Positions 39,172 to 51,545 of a stretch of DNA of 64,000 bases are shown here, in pieces. This stretch comes from Octopus vulgaris (taxonomy: Eukaryota), in assembly GCA_951406725.2 (NCBI GenBank), contig OX597818.1, positions 11,036,001 to 11,100,000 on the forward strand, given 5' to 3'. Position 1 is the first letter of the stretch, and every line of letters begins with the position of its first letter. A program made the translations under genes and the position numbers. The notes below the pieces were generated by a model, which worked only from the letters and a program-made list of their open reading frames with translations, was not told where the DNA came from and did no database searches.

Positions 39172-40190
39172 TAAGTACACTGTATAACTGCGATGATGAT
39201 GATGAATAATCTTAATGACAGTTTTACGTTTTCATTCATCATCATCGTTTTATACCTTGGTGAATGATGATCTGGAAATAGATTAATGATAAAGATGATG
39301 ACGAATGCTGTGAATTTTGATGAGTGATGAAGAGATTGATGATGACAATGATGACAATGGTAGTCACCAATCACTATGTTCCAGACAGAAACAGCACCAA
39401 CATTTTTTTAATATTTTTATTGCCTGCTTGCCAGCTTAGACATAAAACTCAGCTAACTAACAGAAACAACAACAAGAGCAGCAACAACAGACATTGTTGA
39501 TATTGTTGTTGTTATTATTGTATCTCCATCCTCCTCCTCTTCCTTCTCCTCCTTAGCCAGTCTTTAACCAATTGATGCTTTGCTGTTGCAGGATCAATAA
39601 AAGATAGAAAAGTGTCATTAGCAAAAGGCATTTAAACAGCTGCGATAGTAATATAATCCTTTTTTATGTTCTAGCCTCTTACATCAAACATTCAGTGACC
39701 ATTTCCTCCTCCACAAGCACCGCCAGTACCACCACCACTATCGCGATTACGACCACCACCACTACATCCATTACAGTATTCCCAATTAAAAGAGCAGCAA
39801 CAATGACCACACCTTCACCATGTGACCCACATCATAAATCAGAAAAAGAAAACGAAACAAAAAAAAAAACATACAGTGCTACTGCAGTTCTATCTGACAA
39901 CATCTAACTTGTATATGTTTGCTTGACCCTCTAGAAACAACAGTAAAATTTCTCTCAAATCAGGTTTCATGTCTCTTCTTTTTAAAATAGGAATAAAAGA
40001 AATAGGAGAATACATTGTGGCAATATATTCATAGATATTCACAAAAGAAAAAGAACAACATTTTAGTGAAGGCTAGAAAATCTTTGATCATAGGTCTGCC
40101 TGATCACTGCTGACCTGGGGTTAAACAACAAAATGTAATCCCCATCATTAGACTTTACAAGAATCTTGTTAATATATATAAATATATATT

Positions 40191-40570
40191 ACAGTTCTAT
40201 ATTTAAGAGATGAGGAACTATGTACATTATTTACATTATTTACATTATTTACATTTGACAATATCTGTCCTCATCTTGTTTGTTGTTAGCACAACATTTC
40301 GACTGATATATCCTCCAGCCTTTATCAGGTGTCTTGGGGAAATTTCAAACCTGGTATCTCATTCCTAAGGTATTTTTTGATGTTGTTGTTGTTGTTATTG
40401 TTCAGTTAGTGACCTGAATAATAATAATAATAATAATACCATCAAAAAATACCTTAGAAATGAGAACCTAGGTTCGAAATTTCCCCAAGACACCTGATGA
40501 AGGCTGGAGGGTATATCAGCGAAAACATTGTGTTAACAACAAACAAGATAAGGACAAATATCTGTCAAAT
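40191..40570. mobile_element. Fold-back PLE-type terminal repeat with two inverted minimal hammerheads
   Basis: The arms are about 40253-40405 and 40412-40570. The plus strand has acac-CTGATGA-aggctg...cagc-GAAAAC-ATT-gtgt at 40490-40533, with a decayed mirror copy at about 40290-40333. Confidence 0.8.
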
Positions 40571-41934
40571 AAGGTTTCAACAAGTAGAACAGCACTCGAT
40601 TAGCAAAGAGAGTTAAAATAACATTATAATAAAAGCCATAAGTCTTGTTAAATACAGCTACCCAGGTTTTTCTGATTGAAATAATTTATTTCACCATTTT
40701 TCAAGCTAGAACAAGACCGTTGGTCAGTTGCCTTTTGAGCAGATAATGTTTAAACAAGAGACACTGGTAAGGAAGAAGACAGTACAGCTTATTTGACCAT
40801 TCCATAGATTATTCCATTACACATACAGCTTTTCTCTAAGGAGAAGAGGCTTGTAGTTCTCGTTCAACCATTCCCCACTTCTGGAGTGGCGGATTCTGTA
40901 AGTGCTTTGCCATGACCCTTCTCACACAACAATATAGTTGATTGCAAGAGAGAGAGAGAGAGAGTAGAATGAAGTCTTGTATTTGATTGGTACTCCAAAG
41001 TTCAACTTCATGAGAATAAAAGGCAAAATTGATTTTGGCAATATTTAAAATCAGAGCCCTGAGAGCTGGAATAAATATCTCCAAGCAATCTATCTGACAC
41101 CCAAACAATTCTGCCAATTTCCTGGTTGTACGTCTATCTATTGACCTGTCTTTGCACATGCACACATACATGCACACGCACACTTTAAAGTATTGAGTAA
41201 TTTATTTACTCTGTGTGTGTTCATTGCTTTAACAGTGTTTGTTATACTTTTATTGGGATTCTTTTTATTTTTTTTTTTTAAAGTTTTGTTTTGACTTCTA
41301 CCGCCATGATTGATCATGGCAGCAGGGTGGAAAATTCTTTAAAAAAATTTTCCTTTCGGCATTTGTTTGGTGTGTGTGTGTGTACACATGTGTGCATACG
41401 CGTGTATGTGTGTTAGATATATCAATGCAATCATCACCTTTCTATCTTGACAGCACTAACAACTGTAGGTCAAAAGATCACATTGCATCATTTCTCAGAG
41501 CAGTCCAGTGGCCTGACTTAACAGAGTGATCACTCTCTAATTTAAGTCCTGCCATTGACTCTGTCCTCATTTCACCCATCATTGGACATTTCTAATTGTG
41601 GTTCAACGAATGTGGGCTGGTGTGGGTTGTATGGGTGTGAGTCTCACTTTTGTTTGCCATGGCTTGCCTTTGTTCTCTGCTTTCATAGATCAAAATAACT
41701 GGCTCTTTATTTAATTAAAATAAAATGCCAACTCTTCTTCAACTTTACTTTAGTATAAGCTGTTTTGGCCTTTGCTGGTGTTTGTTGTTGATATTACTGT
41801 TTAACCTCAGATCAATCCAGTCATAACTATCCCATTTTCAATGAAAACAGCATGTCTCTGACCACATTAGCCAGTGTTCGCTTTTGTAAACAGTACAGAG
41901 TGAATTGAGGGAGATTTGACTTTGTTTTTAGCAG

Positions 41935-41976
<42 letters not shown>

Positions 41977-41977
41977 T

Positions 41978-42376
41978 TCTGCTCAATACCACAGATTTGC
42001 TTGTCAGTTGTTTGACTATAACCAGTTGAGCACATTTCTTAGCGGCTGACAATATGTGCATCTCTGACCACAAGCAATAGTCGGGGAGCATCATAGCTAT
42101 GTGAATTCTTTGGGGTTTGAATAATTTAATTCTGAAAACATGGTTGTTTTGTTCATCCTTAACCCTTATTCAGGGACCTTTTGAGCAGGATGGGTTACTT
42201 GACCAGAAGAAAATTTTAACAGGGCCTCCACCTGCAAGGTTATGTGGTATAAGATCACCATATGGTTGTGATGCATGTGCCTGATGTACCCTTATCAGAT
42301 GGGTAATCATGATGGGTGTATTTGGTTTTGTATATATGTACCCCTATGTCACTTTGATGACGTGCTGCTCTCTCAA
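41978..42376. mobile_element. Unclassified insertion of about 400 bp in a (TAA)n tract
   Basis: A GC-richer block bounded on both sides by (AAT)n. It is followed by aacttattgtatacagtgctcaggtgc, which is also at 20632 after (AAT)n. Confidence 0.5.
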
Positions 42377-43221
42377 TAATGATAATAATAATAACTTATT
42401 GTATACAGTGCTCAGGTGCACTACAAACTCAGTAGAAGAGGTAAGCAAAATTGCATGAACAGTACATGGAATATGCAGTGGAAGTGAACAGTGAATAAGT
42501 CTTTAAAAATAAACCTACCAAATAGAGAATCACTCATTTGCTGCTTTTTATTGCTTGAATCCTAACCCAAATTAGCCCTGACCAAACAAATCTAAAATCA
42601 TCTGGACTTGATTCATATGTCTCTCAGTCATGGCTTACACGAAGGCACTGAGAAAACTCTATTGCATTCTTCCATGAAAATTCCATAGCAGTCACATAGC
42701 AACAACCAATGATACAAAGATGGAAGGATTATCTTCAAAACTGGATCAATATATGGCAATGAGAGTGGAGATTCTATGTGATTGCTTAACCTGTTGTCAG
42801 ATTCCCCTCAAATCATTTTATATTAAAAAGGGAATGACACATTGAATGATGTCATGGATATGTTATATTTTGAAGGCAAGAACATCATAGGTAAAACATT
42901 TTTGATCAGAGGTCAGTTTGATTAAGACTGACCAATTGGAACATAAAGTGTAACTCTGATTTCAATTATACTCACCATCGTTTAACATCCATAATCTATA
43001 CTGGCATGTTTTGGATGGTTTGACAGGACCTAATTAGTTCAAGGACTGCATCATGCTTCAGTGTTTGCTTTGAAGGGGTTTATATGACTGGATGGTCTTC
43101 CTAATGTCAGCCACTTAACGATGTGAACCAGGTGCTTATTTTTTTTATGTCACCAGCACTAGTGAGGCCATCATACAGTTTGCAAGACTATGTACTTTAA
43201 GGTAGCCATATTCTATCATTT

Positions 43222-43700
43222 TACTTTTTTTTATAATTTGTTAGAGAATGAGAGAGACAACCCTTTACCTGAGTAAGTTCTCTCAAATTGGTGAGTTTGA
43301 TGTTCAGTTTGATCCTCTGGATGTTGATGCCTGTAGAAAACAAAATGGCCAGGAGGCAGAGAGTTTCAGAGAACTGCAGTTCTAGAAAGATATCAGCAAA
43401 GAGCGACATGGTTGAAAAGGAGTCCACAACTGAAAAGGAAGAATTGAAGTATTTAGTTTGGATTTTGGAAGTTGTGAGCTGGTAAAGATGAAGGGAGAAA
43501 GAGCATGATAGAGAGACAAGTGGGTAAGGTGGATTGAGTAGGAGGTGGTCTCCAAAGTAGCAGAGGCCATTATAGAAACTGTAGAATAGGCTGGGAGAAC
43601 AATATGTATTCATAAGCCAGTGATTGTAATGAGTTGGTGACTGAATAATATTTCTTTTTTGGAGATAGTCTATGATGTCCGTATATACAGTAAGAACAAT
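43222..43700 (-). mobile_element. CR1/L2-like LINE 3' remnant
   Basis: The minus strand reads SLFYSFYNGLC...KYFNSSF...LQF (CR1-group C-terminus) and ends in an A-rich tail at about 43225. Confidence 0.55.
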
Positions 43701-44631
43701 AACAGCAGCATATATGATACATGAGCATATATTCTACTCTAATGTCAATCACACCTCAGCTCTGTAGAGGTTCAACAATAGATTAAGCATGAAGTATTTT
43801 CTATACCTAAAACTTCTACATTCTGGTCTGGTTACATTCTATTTTCACCTTGTTTGACTTTGTCTTCTTACTTCCTCTGGTGTTAATTAATTATTTTTCT
43901 TTTTTTACTTGTTTCAATCATTAGACTGTGGCCATGCTGAGGCACCACCTTGAAGAATTAATTTGTAATCAAATGAATTGACCCCAGTACTTTTATTTTT
44001 AAGCTTGATACTTAAAAAAAATGCATTGGAATTTAATACAATCAACTGAATAAAAGCCTGGTGCCTCGCACTGGCCGAAGTCCAGTGACTAAAACCCGTA
44101 AGAGCAGTAAAATGTAATAAAAGAACATCTGTTGAATCTTTTGCCAGAACTCATCATAATCATCATCATTTTCATATAATCTCCAGCACTTGGAATATTC
44201 AGCCAAAAACAGTTCAATGGGAGTCATTAAACGAATAAAAAAAAAATGACCTACATTTTTCCCCTTTAATAGTCATTTAGTTTGTTTTATTTTCTTTAAT
44301 GGTCCACCTTTTGCTACCAAAAGACCGACTATTCTTCTTGTCCTGAATGTTGACACCTACCCTCTGGCTCTAGACTTCAAATGAAATCTGTGGATTCTAT
44401 TTCTTTAGTACACAACATTATTATTGCTTACCATATTCTATTTTCTCTTTGTATTTTTATGTTATTTATTTATTTTTTTCTTTTGATCTTTAGATTTGAT
44501 TCTACTTCCATTTCTTTCATCTTTCATTTAATATAATTCTGCATTTTGGCAGCTAGTAAGACATCCATTACCTAATACAGGCATAGTGAAGAAGCTCTCA
44601 CTATGAACATACTCACACACATGCACACACC

Positions 44632-44664
<33 letters not shown>

Positions 44665-45079
44665 GTACAGAGACACAAACACTGCATATGCAGAGATACA
44701 CACTTATACGCATTCACATGCACAGAGGTTCGTACAATGAAACAAACACTTACATACACTCACTCACATGCTCTTAAACTCATACATATGCACAGACTCT
44801 CAACACATGCACACTCAAACACATAAGCACTCACACACACACACATGCTCAGACACTCATACATGCACTCAAGCACAGAAGCTCACACACATAAGCACAC
44901 ACACACTCTGACATTCACTCATTCTCAAGCTCACATGTATAGAGGTATGCTGATACGAAGACTCACACACACACATGCACACACACACACACACATACAC
45001 ACACATTCATCCATCTATATGAACGATGACTGCGATTTAAAACTCTTTTATCACACATGGTTTAAAGGATTTTTTTATG

Positions 45080-45310
45080 CCAATACACCAGTAACTCTGG
45101 GCTTTCTCAGTTCCCACTTCTGCTCATCTTGTCTGTTCCTGATCTGCTCAGACTTGATGGCACCTTTTTTGTATAAGCTTACACTTGGTAGAAGTCTCAG
45201 CAATAAAGTCTTCTGCCCCACCACTAACTCTGGATTAATGATCAAGTCTTTTAGGGAGGTCTTGAGAGTATTTTCATAAGATTAACAGCGTCCACAAAAT
45301 GATCAGTTCT
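45080..45310 (-). mobile_element. Decayed RTE-like LINE C-terminus
   Basis: The minus strand reads YENTLKTSLKDLIINPE...KGAIKSEQ...EQKWELRK, resembling RTE RYKDTLKxSLK...KG...EQ...KR.LRK. Confidence 0.5.
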
Positions 45311-46272
45311 TCTGTACTGACTCACTGGGAAAAAAAGTGCTTTGAATATCAATTATTATCCACTCTGGTAGTCACACACACACATACATATGCATGCATG
45401 CTGAGATATACATACACATTCAAACATGTATACAGGCATATATGAAGAAATATACACATACAGTGAATAATACATTTTCTCAGTCACATACATAGGGTGA
45501 ATAACACACACACACACACACCACATGGCACTGATACAATCTTTCACTGATTTACTTTGTCATATATTTCAGTATATCTTATTTTCTATAATGGTGGAAT
45601 TAAAAAATAAAACAAACAATCTATTAAGTCTGAGTATTATTTACATAGTACAAAACATTAATTATCTTAACTCCTAAAAAAAAAAAAATAATAATGGTAA
45701 CTAAAGACCCACAAAATTATGCCCTTACTTTCACTTCAGTAGTTTTGCAAGAGAAGTGGGGGCTAACAATGTAATATGATAAACAGATACTTCCTGTTTA
45801 ATATACAATGCCACTCTACCCCAACAGCTTTTTGAGCCACATGTACCTTTATTTAATATTCTGCAACCATCGGCATCAGTTTTGATGCTGAACAAAAATA
45901 TAGAATGAATTTTTCTCCCATTTCTTTGCTGGAGATAGCATCAATCTAGCATCACAGAATAAGGTATCAACTTCAGATCTTAGAAAGCAGATACCATCAA
46001 GCATACTCCTGTGAGATTCTTCTTCTTTTTACTCGTCTGCCTGTTCCTTTTAAGTTTGATGAATCTAAAAATACATATAAATAGTATCCTGCTGAATCAG
46101 CAGCTGAGACTATAGGTTCTTAACTAAATTCTTGGGACTCTCTACTGCAATCCTAATGATGAGAGGCAAGCAAATAGGAGATCAAGGTGATTGCTCAGTC
46201 TTCTTGAAATAGTAGCCAAAATTGCCTCAAATAACACCTCTCATTTTATAAACGTAACTGATATATTATATG

Positions 46273-46560
46273 TGGAGGCGCAATGGCCCAGTGGTAAGGG
46301 CAGCGGACTCGCAGTCGGAAGATCGCGGTTTCCATTCCCAGACTGGGCATTGTGTGTGTTTATTGAGCGAAAACACCTAAAAGCTCCATGAGGCTCCAGC
46401 AGGAGGTGGTGGTTGAACCCTGTTGTATTCTTTCGCCACAACTTTCTCTCTAACACTGCGAAGAACTGGCGTCCCGTCCAGCTGGAGGAACACATACACC
46501 ACAGAAACTGGGAAACCGGGCCCATGAGCCTGGTTAGGCTTGATAAGGGCAACATTTATC
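46273..46560 (+). mobile_element. tRNA-headed SINE (family D-type) with TSD
   Basis: It has a tRNA-like head (ggcgcaatggcccagtggtaagggcagcggactcgc...ggtttccattccc). The flanks gatatattatat (46260-46271) and gatacattatat (46561-46572) look like a TSD. Confidence 0.75.
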
Positions 46561-47140
46561 GATACATTATATAATGTAAATGACAGGATGATCATAATTG
46601 CAGTGCTATTGATCATAGGTCTGATTGTTCAGGGCTGACTTGGGGCTAAACAGCAACAACTGTAGCTGCAGGTATGACAACAACAAGGAAGCCATTACAT
46701 AGTGGCTTGGTATGCCAGAAATAGTGACCATAGCTCATTCAAATAATATATCTAACAAGCAAATAAAAACAAAAGGACACTAAAAATGTTGTACTCTAAT
46801 ATACCTTAAAAAGTGGGATGGTCAGGGTGGGAATATGTGGATACACCCATATCATTACTCTAGGAATGACATGAGTGATTCCACCTTGGCTGGAATAATT
46901 GTAAAATTAAAGAGTTATAGGTTGTATTTGAGAGGGATAGCTTTAAAAAAGACATTTACTGTATAACATCATTCATAAATTATGTAATAACCACCAGTTT
47001 CAGCCTCCTGTAAATATTTTATGAAAATTTAATGCAGAACACAAATTTATGACTAGAGGCTGATGTATATATTATATATGTATGTGTGTTTACTATGATA
47101 TATGTATATTTTATATATATGTGTGTTTTGTGTATGTATG

Positions 47141-47185
<45 letters not shown>

Positions 47186-47212
47186 CATTATTTGACTGAC
47201 TTGTCTAGGGGT

Positions 47213-47255
<43 letters not shown>

Positions 47256-47341
47256 AAACCCCTTAAGAAGTTAAAGAACTTTGGGTTAAGTATGAAGAAT
47301 TACTATAACTATTGGCTGGTGCCTGTGCATATATCTATCTA

Positions 47342-47413
<72 letters not shown>

Positions 47414-47520
47414 TAGATAGATAGATAGTCCACATATGAGATCCAGAGATTCTCAGCATAGAAGATACTTAGTAGTGTTCAAAGGATTCAAACTTAGATT
47501 CCGATATCTTTATAGGGTAA

Positions 47521-47756
47521 TACAGTTCTATATTTAAGAGATGAGGAATTATGCACATTATTTACATTTGACGAATATTTGTCCTCATCTTGTTTGTTGT
47601 TAATACATTTCAGCTTATATACCCTCCAGCCTTCATCAGGTTCGAAATTTCCCCAAGACACCCGATGAAGGCTGGAGGGTATATCAGCCAAAACATTGTG
47701 TTAACAACAAACAAGATGAGGACAAATATCTGTCAAATGTAAATAATGTACATAAT
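47521..47756. mobile_element. Second copy of the 40191 fold-back family, with a different turn-around point
   Basis: It starts with the same acagttctatatttaagagatgaggaa. Arms 47548-47640 and 47662-47756 both carry (C/T)GATGAAGGCTGGAGGGTATAT. Confidence 0.8.
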
Positions 47757-47828
47757 GATCTTTATAGGGGATTGATTCTGCAAGGTAAAGAATGGCTGTA
47801 AGAGGGATCAAGTTCAGTGGATATAGCG

Positions 47829-48076
47829 GCAATTATGCAGATAAACAAATTAGGTACATTAATTATATTAAATATAATAGTTTGGGTATGAAATACATAA
47901 TATGTACATATGTGTACACACAAAAGAGGGAGACTTTCAGATAAATTCATCATCTGAAAGTCTCTACCTTGTGTGAGTATACATAGATATATATATTTTG
48001 TATTTCATATCAAAACTATTATATCAAATATATGTAATATAATTAATGTACCTATTTTGTTTATCTGCATAATTGC
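47829..48076. repeat. Imperfect palindrome / fold-back with about 115-bp arms
   Basis: gcaattatgcagataaacaaa...gagactttcagat, a 9-nt loop, then atctgaaagtctc...tttgtttatctgcataattgc. Confidence 0.85.
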
Positions 48077-49278
48077 CTGTGTGTATACCAATGGTCATCT
48101 CCCATCCTATTTCAACCTTCTACTACACCTGCCCTTCAACCCTACCTAATTTTTTCAGTTGTTACCTCCTCCTTCTTTCAATCATTCCTCATTTCTCAGT
48201 CTGCCATACACTGTTGCAACATTTATCCACACACACTCCTCTTTCCTCTGTCCCCACTCACATCTACTCACCTTGTATCTTGAGAATTCACTCAGACACC
48301 TTTTAATTTTCTGCTAATCCAGTATAAGACTTAAGCACAATACTATATATAAACCACCATAGCATTTTAAAATATAGCTTTCAAAAGAAAATCACCAATG
48401 AGGAGACAACTACTTTCACAGATACAAATGAGAAGTAGGGAGACAGACAGTATTTCTGGTATTAAGTATCTGTCTCAACTGAAAGCTTTATCTGAACCAG
48501 CAAACATTTTATGAGAAGACCTAGTATCAGCTGAATTTCTGTTAAAGATCTTGTGACATTACAATACTTATGATTTATTAGAAAGGTTTTTGTTATGTCT
48601 TTGTTACATATATGTGTGTATGTATGTGTGTAAAATATGCATATAACCCCCACCTTCTATATGGCATACTAGTATACACTTGTGAAACACATGTAAAGAT
48701 TAAATAATTCATGATGGCATAATAAAAAATATCTAATTGATTTTGTATTTTATTCTGCTCTCATATATAAATGTATTTGTGTATGTATATGTGTTTATAT
48801 GCAAGTTTGTGGATACATATATATATATTCTGTTGAGTCAGATTTTCCACAGGTGGATGTATAAAAACAAACTATATTTATGTGTGTGTGTGTTACATAT
48901 ATATGTAGGTGCAGTTTGGCCAAATGGTTAAGAAGTTAACTTTGCAACCATGAGGCCCTATGTTCATTTTGATTCTGTAGCATTTTGAGCAAATTCTATA
49001 ATCTGAGTTTGACACATTGTAAATGAAACTGGGTGAACAGAAACGGTAAGGAATCCATCTGATGTGTTGTACCTTTAATTCAAAAGGTACAACCTTGTCA
49101 TACACTGTATCACTTTGATGTTTCTTTATTACCCACCAGGGGGCCACACTGTATCACTTTGATTCAACCTAAAATTACATAAGGGATACAGGAGCAGATA
49201 ATTGATCAAACAAGTAAATTGCCATCGTCGAACAATGGAGATCCACCATACATATATATATATATTATCATTATTATT

Positions 49279-49509
49279 AAGGCAGTGAGCTGGCAGGATT
49301 GTTAGCACATTAGGCAAAATGCTTAGCAGCATTTAATCTATCTTTATGTTCTAAGTTCAAATTCCGCCAAGGTTGACTTTGCCTTTCATCCTTTGGGGTT
49401 GATAAATTAAGTGCCAATGAAAACACTGGGGTTGATGTAATTGACTGATCCTCTTCTCTAAAATTTCAGGCCTTGTGCCTTTAATAGAAAAGATTATTAT
49501 TATTATTAG

Positions 49510-49565
<56 letters not shown>

Positions 49566-50245
49566 TATTATTATTATTAAGGCAGTGACCTGGCAGCTTT
49601 TCATCTAGCTTTATGTTCTGAGTTCAAATTCAACTTCGTTTTTCATTCTTGCATGGTCACTAATAGAAGTACTAGTGGAGTACTGAGGTCAATGTAATCG
49701 ACTAACACCACTCTTCCAAACTTGCTGGCCTTGTGCCAAAATATGAGACCATTATTATTATCTCCATCGTCATCATCATCATTATGGAAGCAGCAAGTTG
49801 GCAGAATTGTTATCGAGCAGGACAAAATGCTTACCAGCATTTTTTCTGGTTTTGCATTCTGAGTTCCAATACCATCCAGGTTGACTTTGCCTTTCATCCT
49901 TTTGAGGTCAGTAAAGTAAGAGCCATTTGAACACTGGAGCCAATGTAATCGATTTCTCCTTCCCCTCAAAATTTCTGGTCTTGTGCCAAAATTTAGTAAG
50001 GGTTATTATTATTATTATTATTATATAATTAAGGTGGTGAGCTGGCAGAATTGTTAACACACTGGGAAAAATGCTTAGCAATATTTTGTTTGTCTTTACA
50101 TTCCGAGTTCAAATTCCACTGAGGTTGACTTTGCCTTTTATCCTTTTGGGGGCCTATAAAATTAGTAGCAGTTGAGTGCTGGGTTTGGTGTAATTGACTT
50201 ACCCCATCCTCTATAATTGCTGGCCTTGTGACAAAATTTAAAACC
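49279..50245 (+). mobile_element. Cluster of four head-to-tail SINE family B copies separated by (TTA)n/(CAT)n
   Basis: Starts at about 49279, 49578, 49790 and 50030, each beginning (ta)aggc/tggtgagctggcag. Confidence 0.85.
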
Positions 50246-51319
50246 ATTATTATTATTATTATTATTATTACCTGGGCAAGAATGCACTCTGACAAGTTCA
50301 AAACATGCTGTTTGTTGCAATTATGATCCTAGAACTCCAGTTGTTAAGGGCCCACTCTACACATGCACACACACACATTCTCACAAGTACGTGTGCACAC
50401 ACACACACACACACACGAGCACACACACACACACACAAGCTTCTTGACAGGTTTAATGTAACATGAGATTGAGACAGTAAGAGAGTAAATATATCAAGTT
50501 ACATTTTACAGCTTTTGGACAACTGCTTTTGTATTCCATTAGGATTTATTGTCTATTCTTATTAATTATTGATAATAAAAAACCATTAATTTTGTTCTTA
50601 TTTCTGTTGGTGGTTTGATGGTTTTTGTGGGATTGTTACTGTATCAGACAAAATACTTTGCAGTATTTGGTTACAACCCTTTATATTCTGAGTTCAAATC
50701 CCACTAGCATAAACACGTTACCTTCCATCCTATTAGTATCAATAAACTAAGTACCAGTTAACTAGTGGATTCAGTCAACATTTTTCTCTAAATTTTCTGA
50801 CCTTTGCCTATATTATAAATAACTAGGTCATTACCCATTGCTATGCTGCCAGTAAAAAAATATTTGTTTATCATGCATGTATCTTCATAAATTGTTGAAA
50901 ATAAAAGTCTTTTCTAAAGTCTGTGCTGTATTATCTGTATGTTGAAAGACATACAGAAACACACACACACAGCACCACCCACCTCAAATAATTACATGTA
51001 TTATATGTATATACATATAGTCTTCCTTTGAAGTCTGTATTGCATTGTGTTGACAGACTTGCACTTAAAGTTACCATATTTTTAATCAAAACGTTTTAGT
51101 TACCATGTCACAGAACTACTTATTTATCTATCTTACTCTCTCACTCACTGTATTTTTCTCTCAGTAACAACTGTTTTTCCTCCTCTTCTTACCTCTCTTT
51201 AGACAGACATTGTTACAGACAGGCAGAGATCAGCTCTTATAATATAAAATTATTATTATTTTCCATTTTTATCAAATACATATTGGAATTAAAATATGCA
51301 TTTTCTATCATCTTCATTG

Positions 51320-51545
51320 CGACTGGCTGTTGTTGGTGTTCCTTAACTCTGGATATATTCTGATTGAGGAAGCATATGATCAAAGACATTCTATCCATGA
51401 CCATCGTGTTTTTGTTATGACTATGTAGATATACATTATCCAATGCATTCTAACCTTATTTAAGATATTGGAGTGTGATTTGAGGGGGATTTAGTTGCTA
51501 TTTTCATCCTGTCAAATCATGACATGGAGGCACTTTCATTGGCTC
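51320..51545. mobile_element. Dispersed repeat family E (unclassified, SINE-like)
   Basis: The motifs ctatgatcaaagacattc..ccatgaccatc and gtgtgatttgaggg.gattt.g.tgctattt recur in both orientations at about 9960, 11400, 15045, 19870, 27510, 30590, 31250, 39930, 42760, 46170 and 58180. Confidence 0.7.

Noticed and set aside
49279-50245. Repeat-spacer-like periodicity suggesting a CRISPR array
   Set aside because: The units are SINE copies of about 200 bp separated by microsatellites in eukaryotic DNA, with no cas genes.
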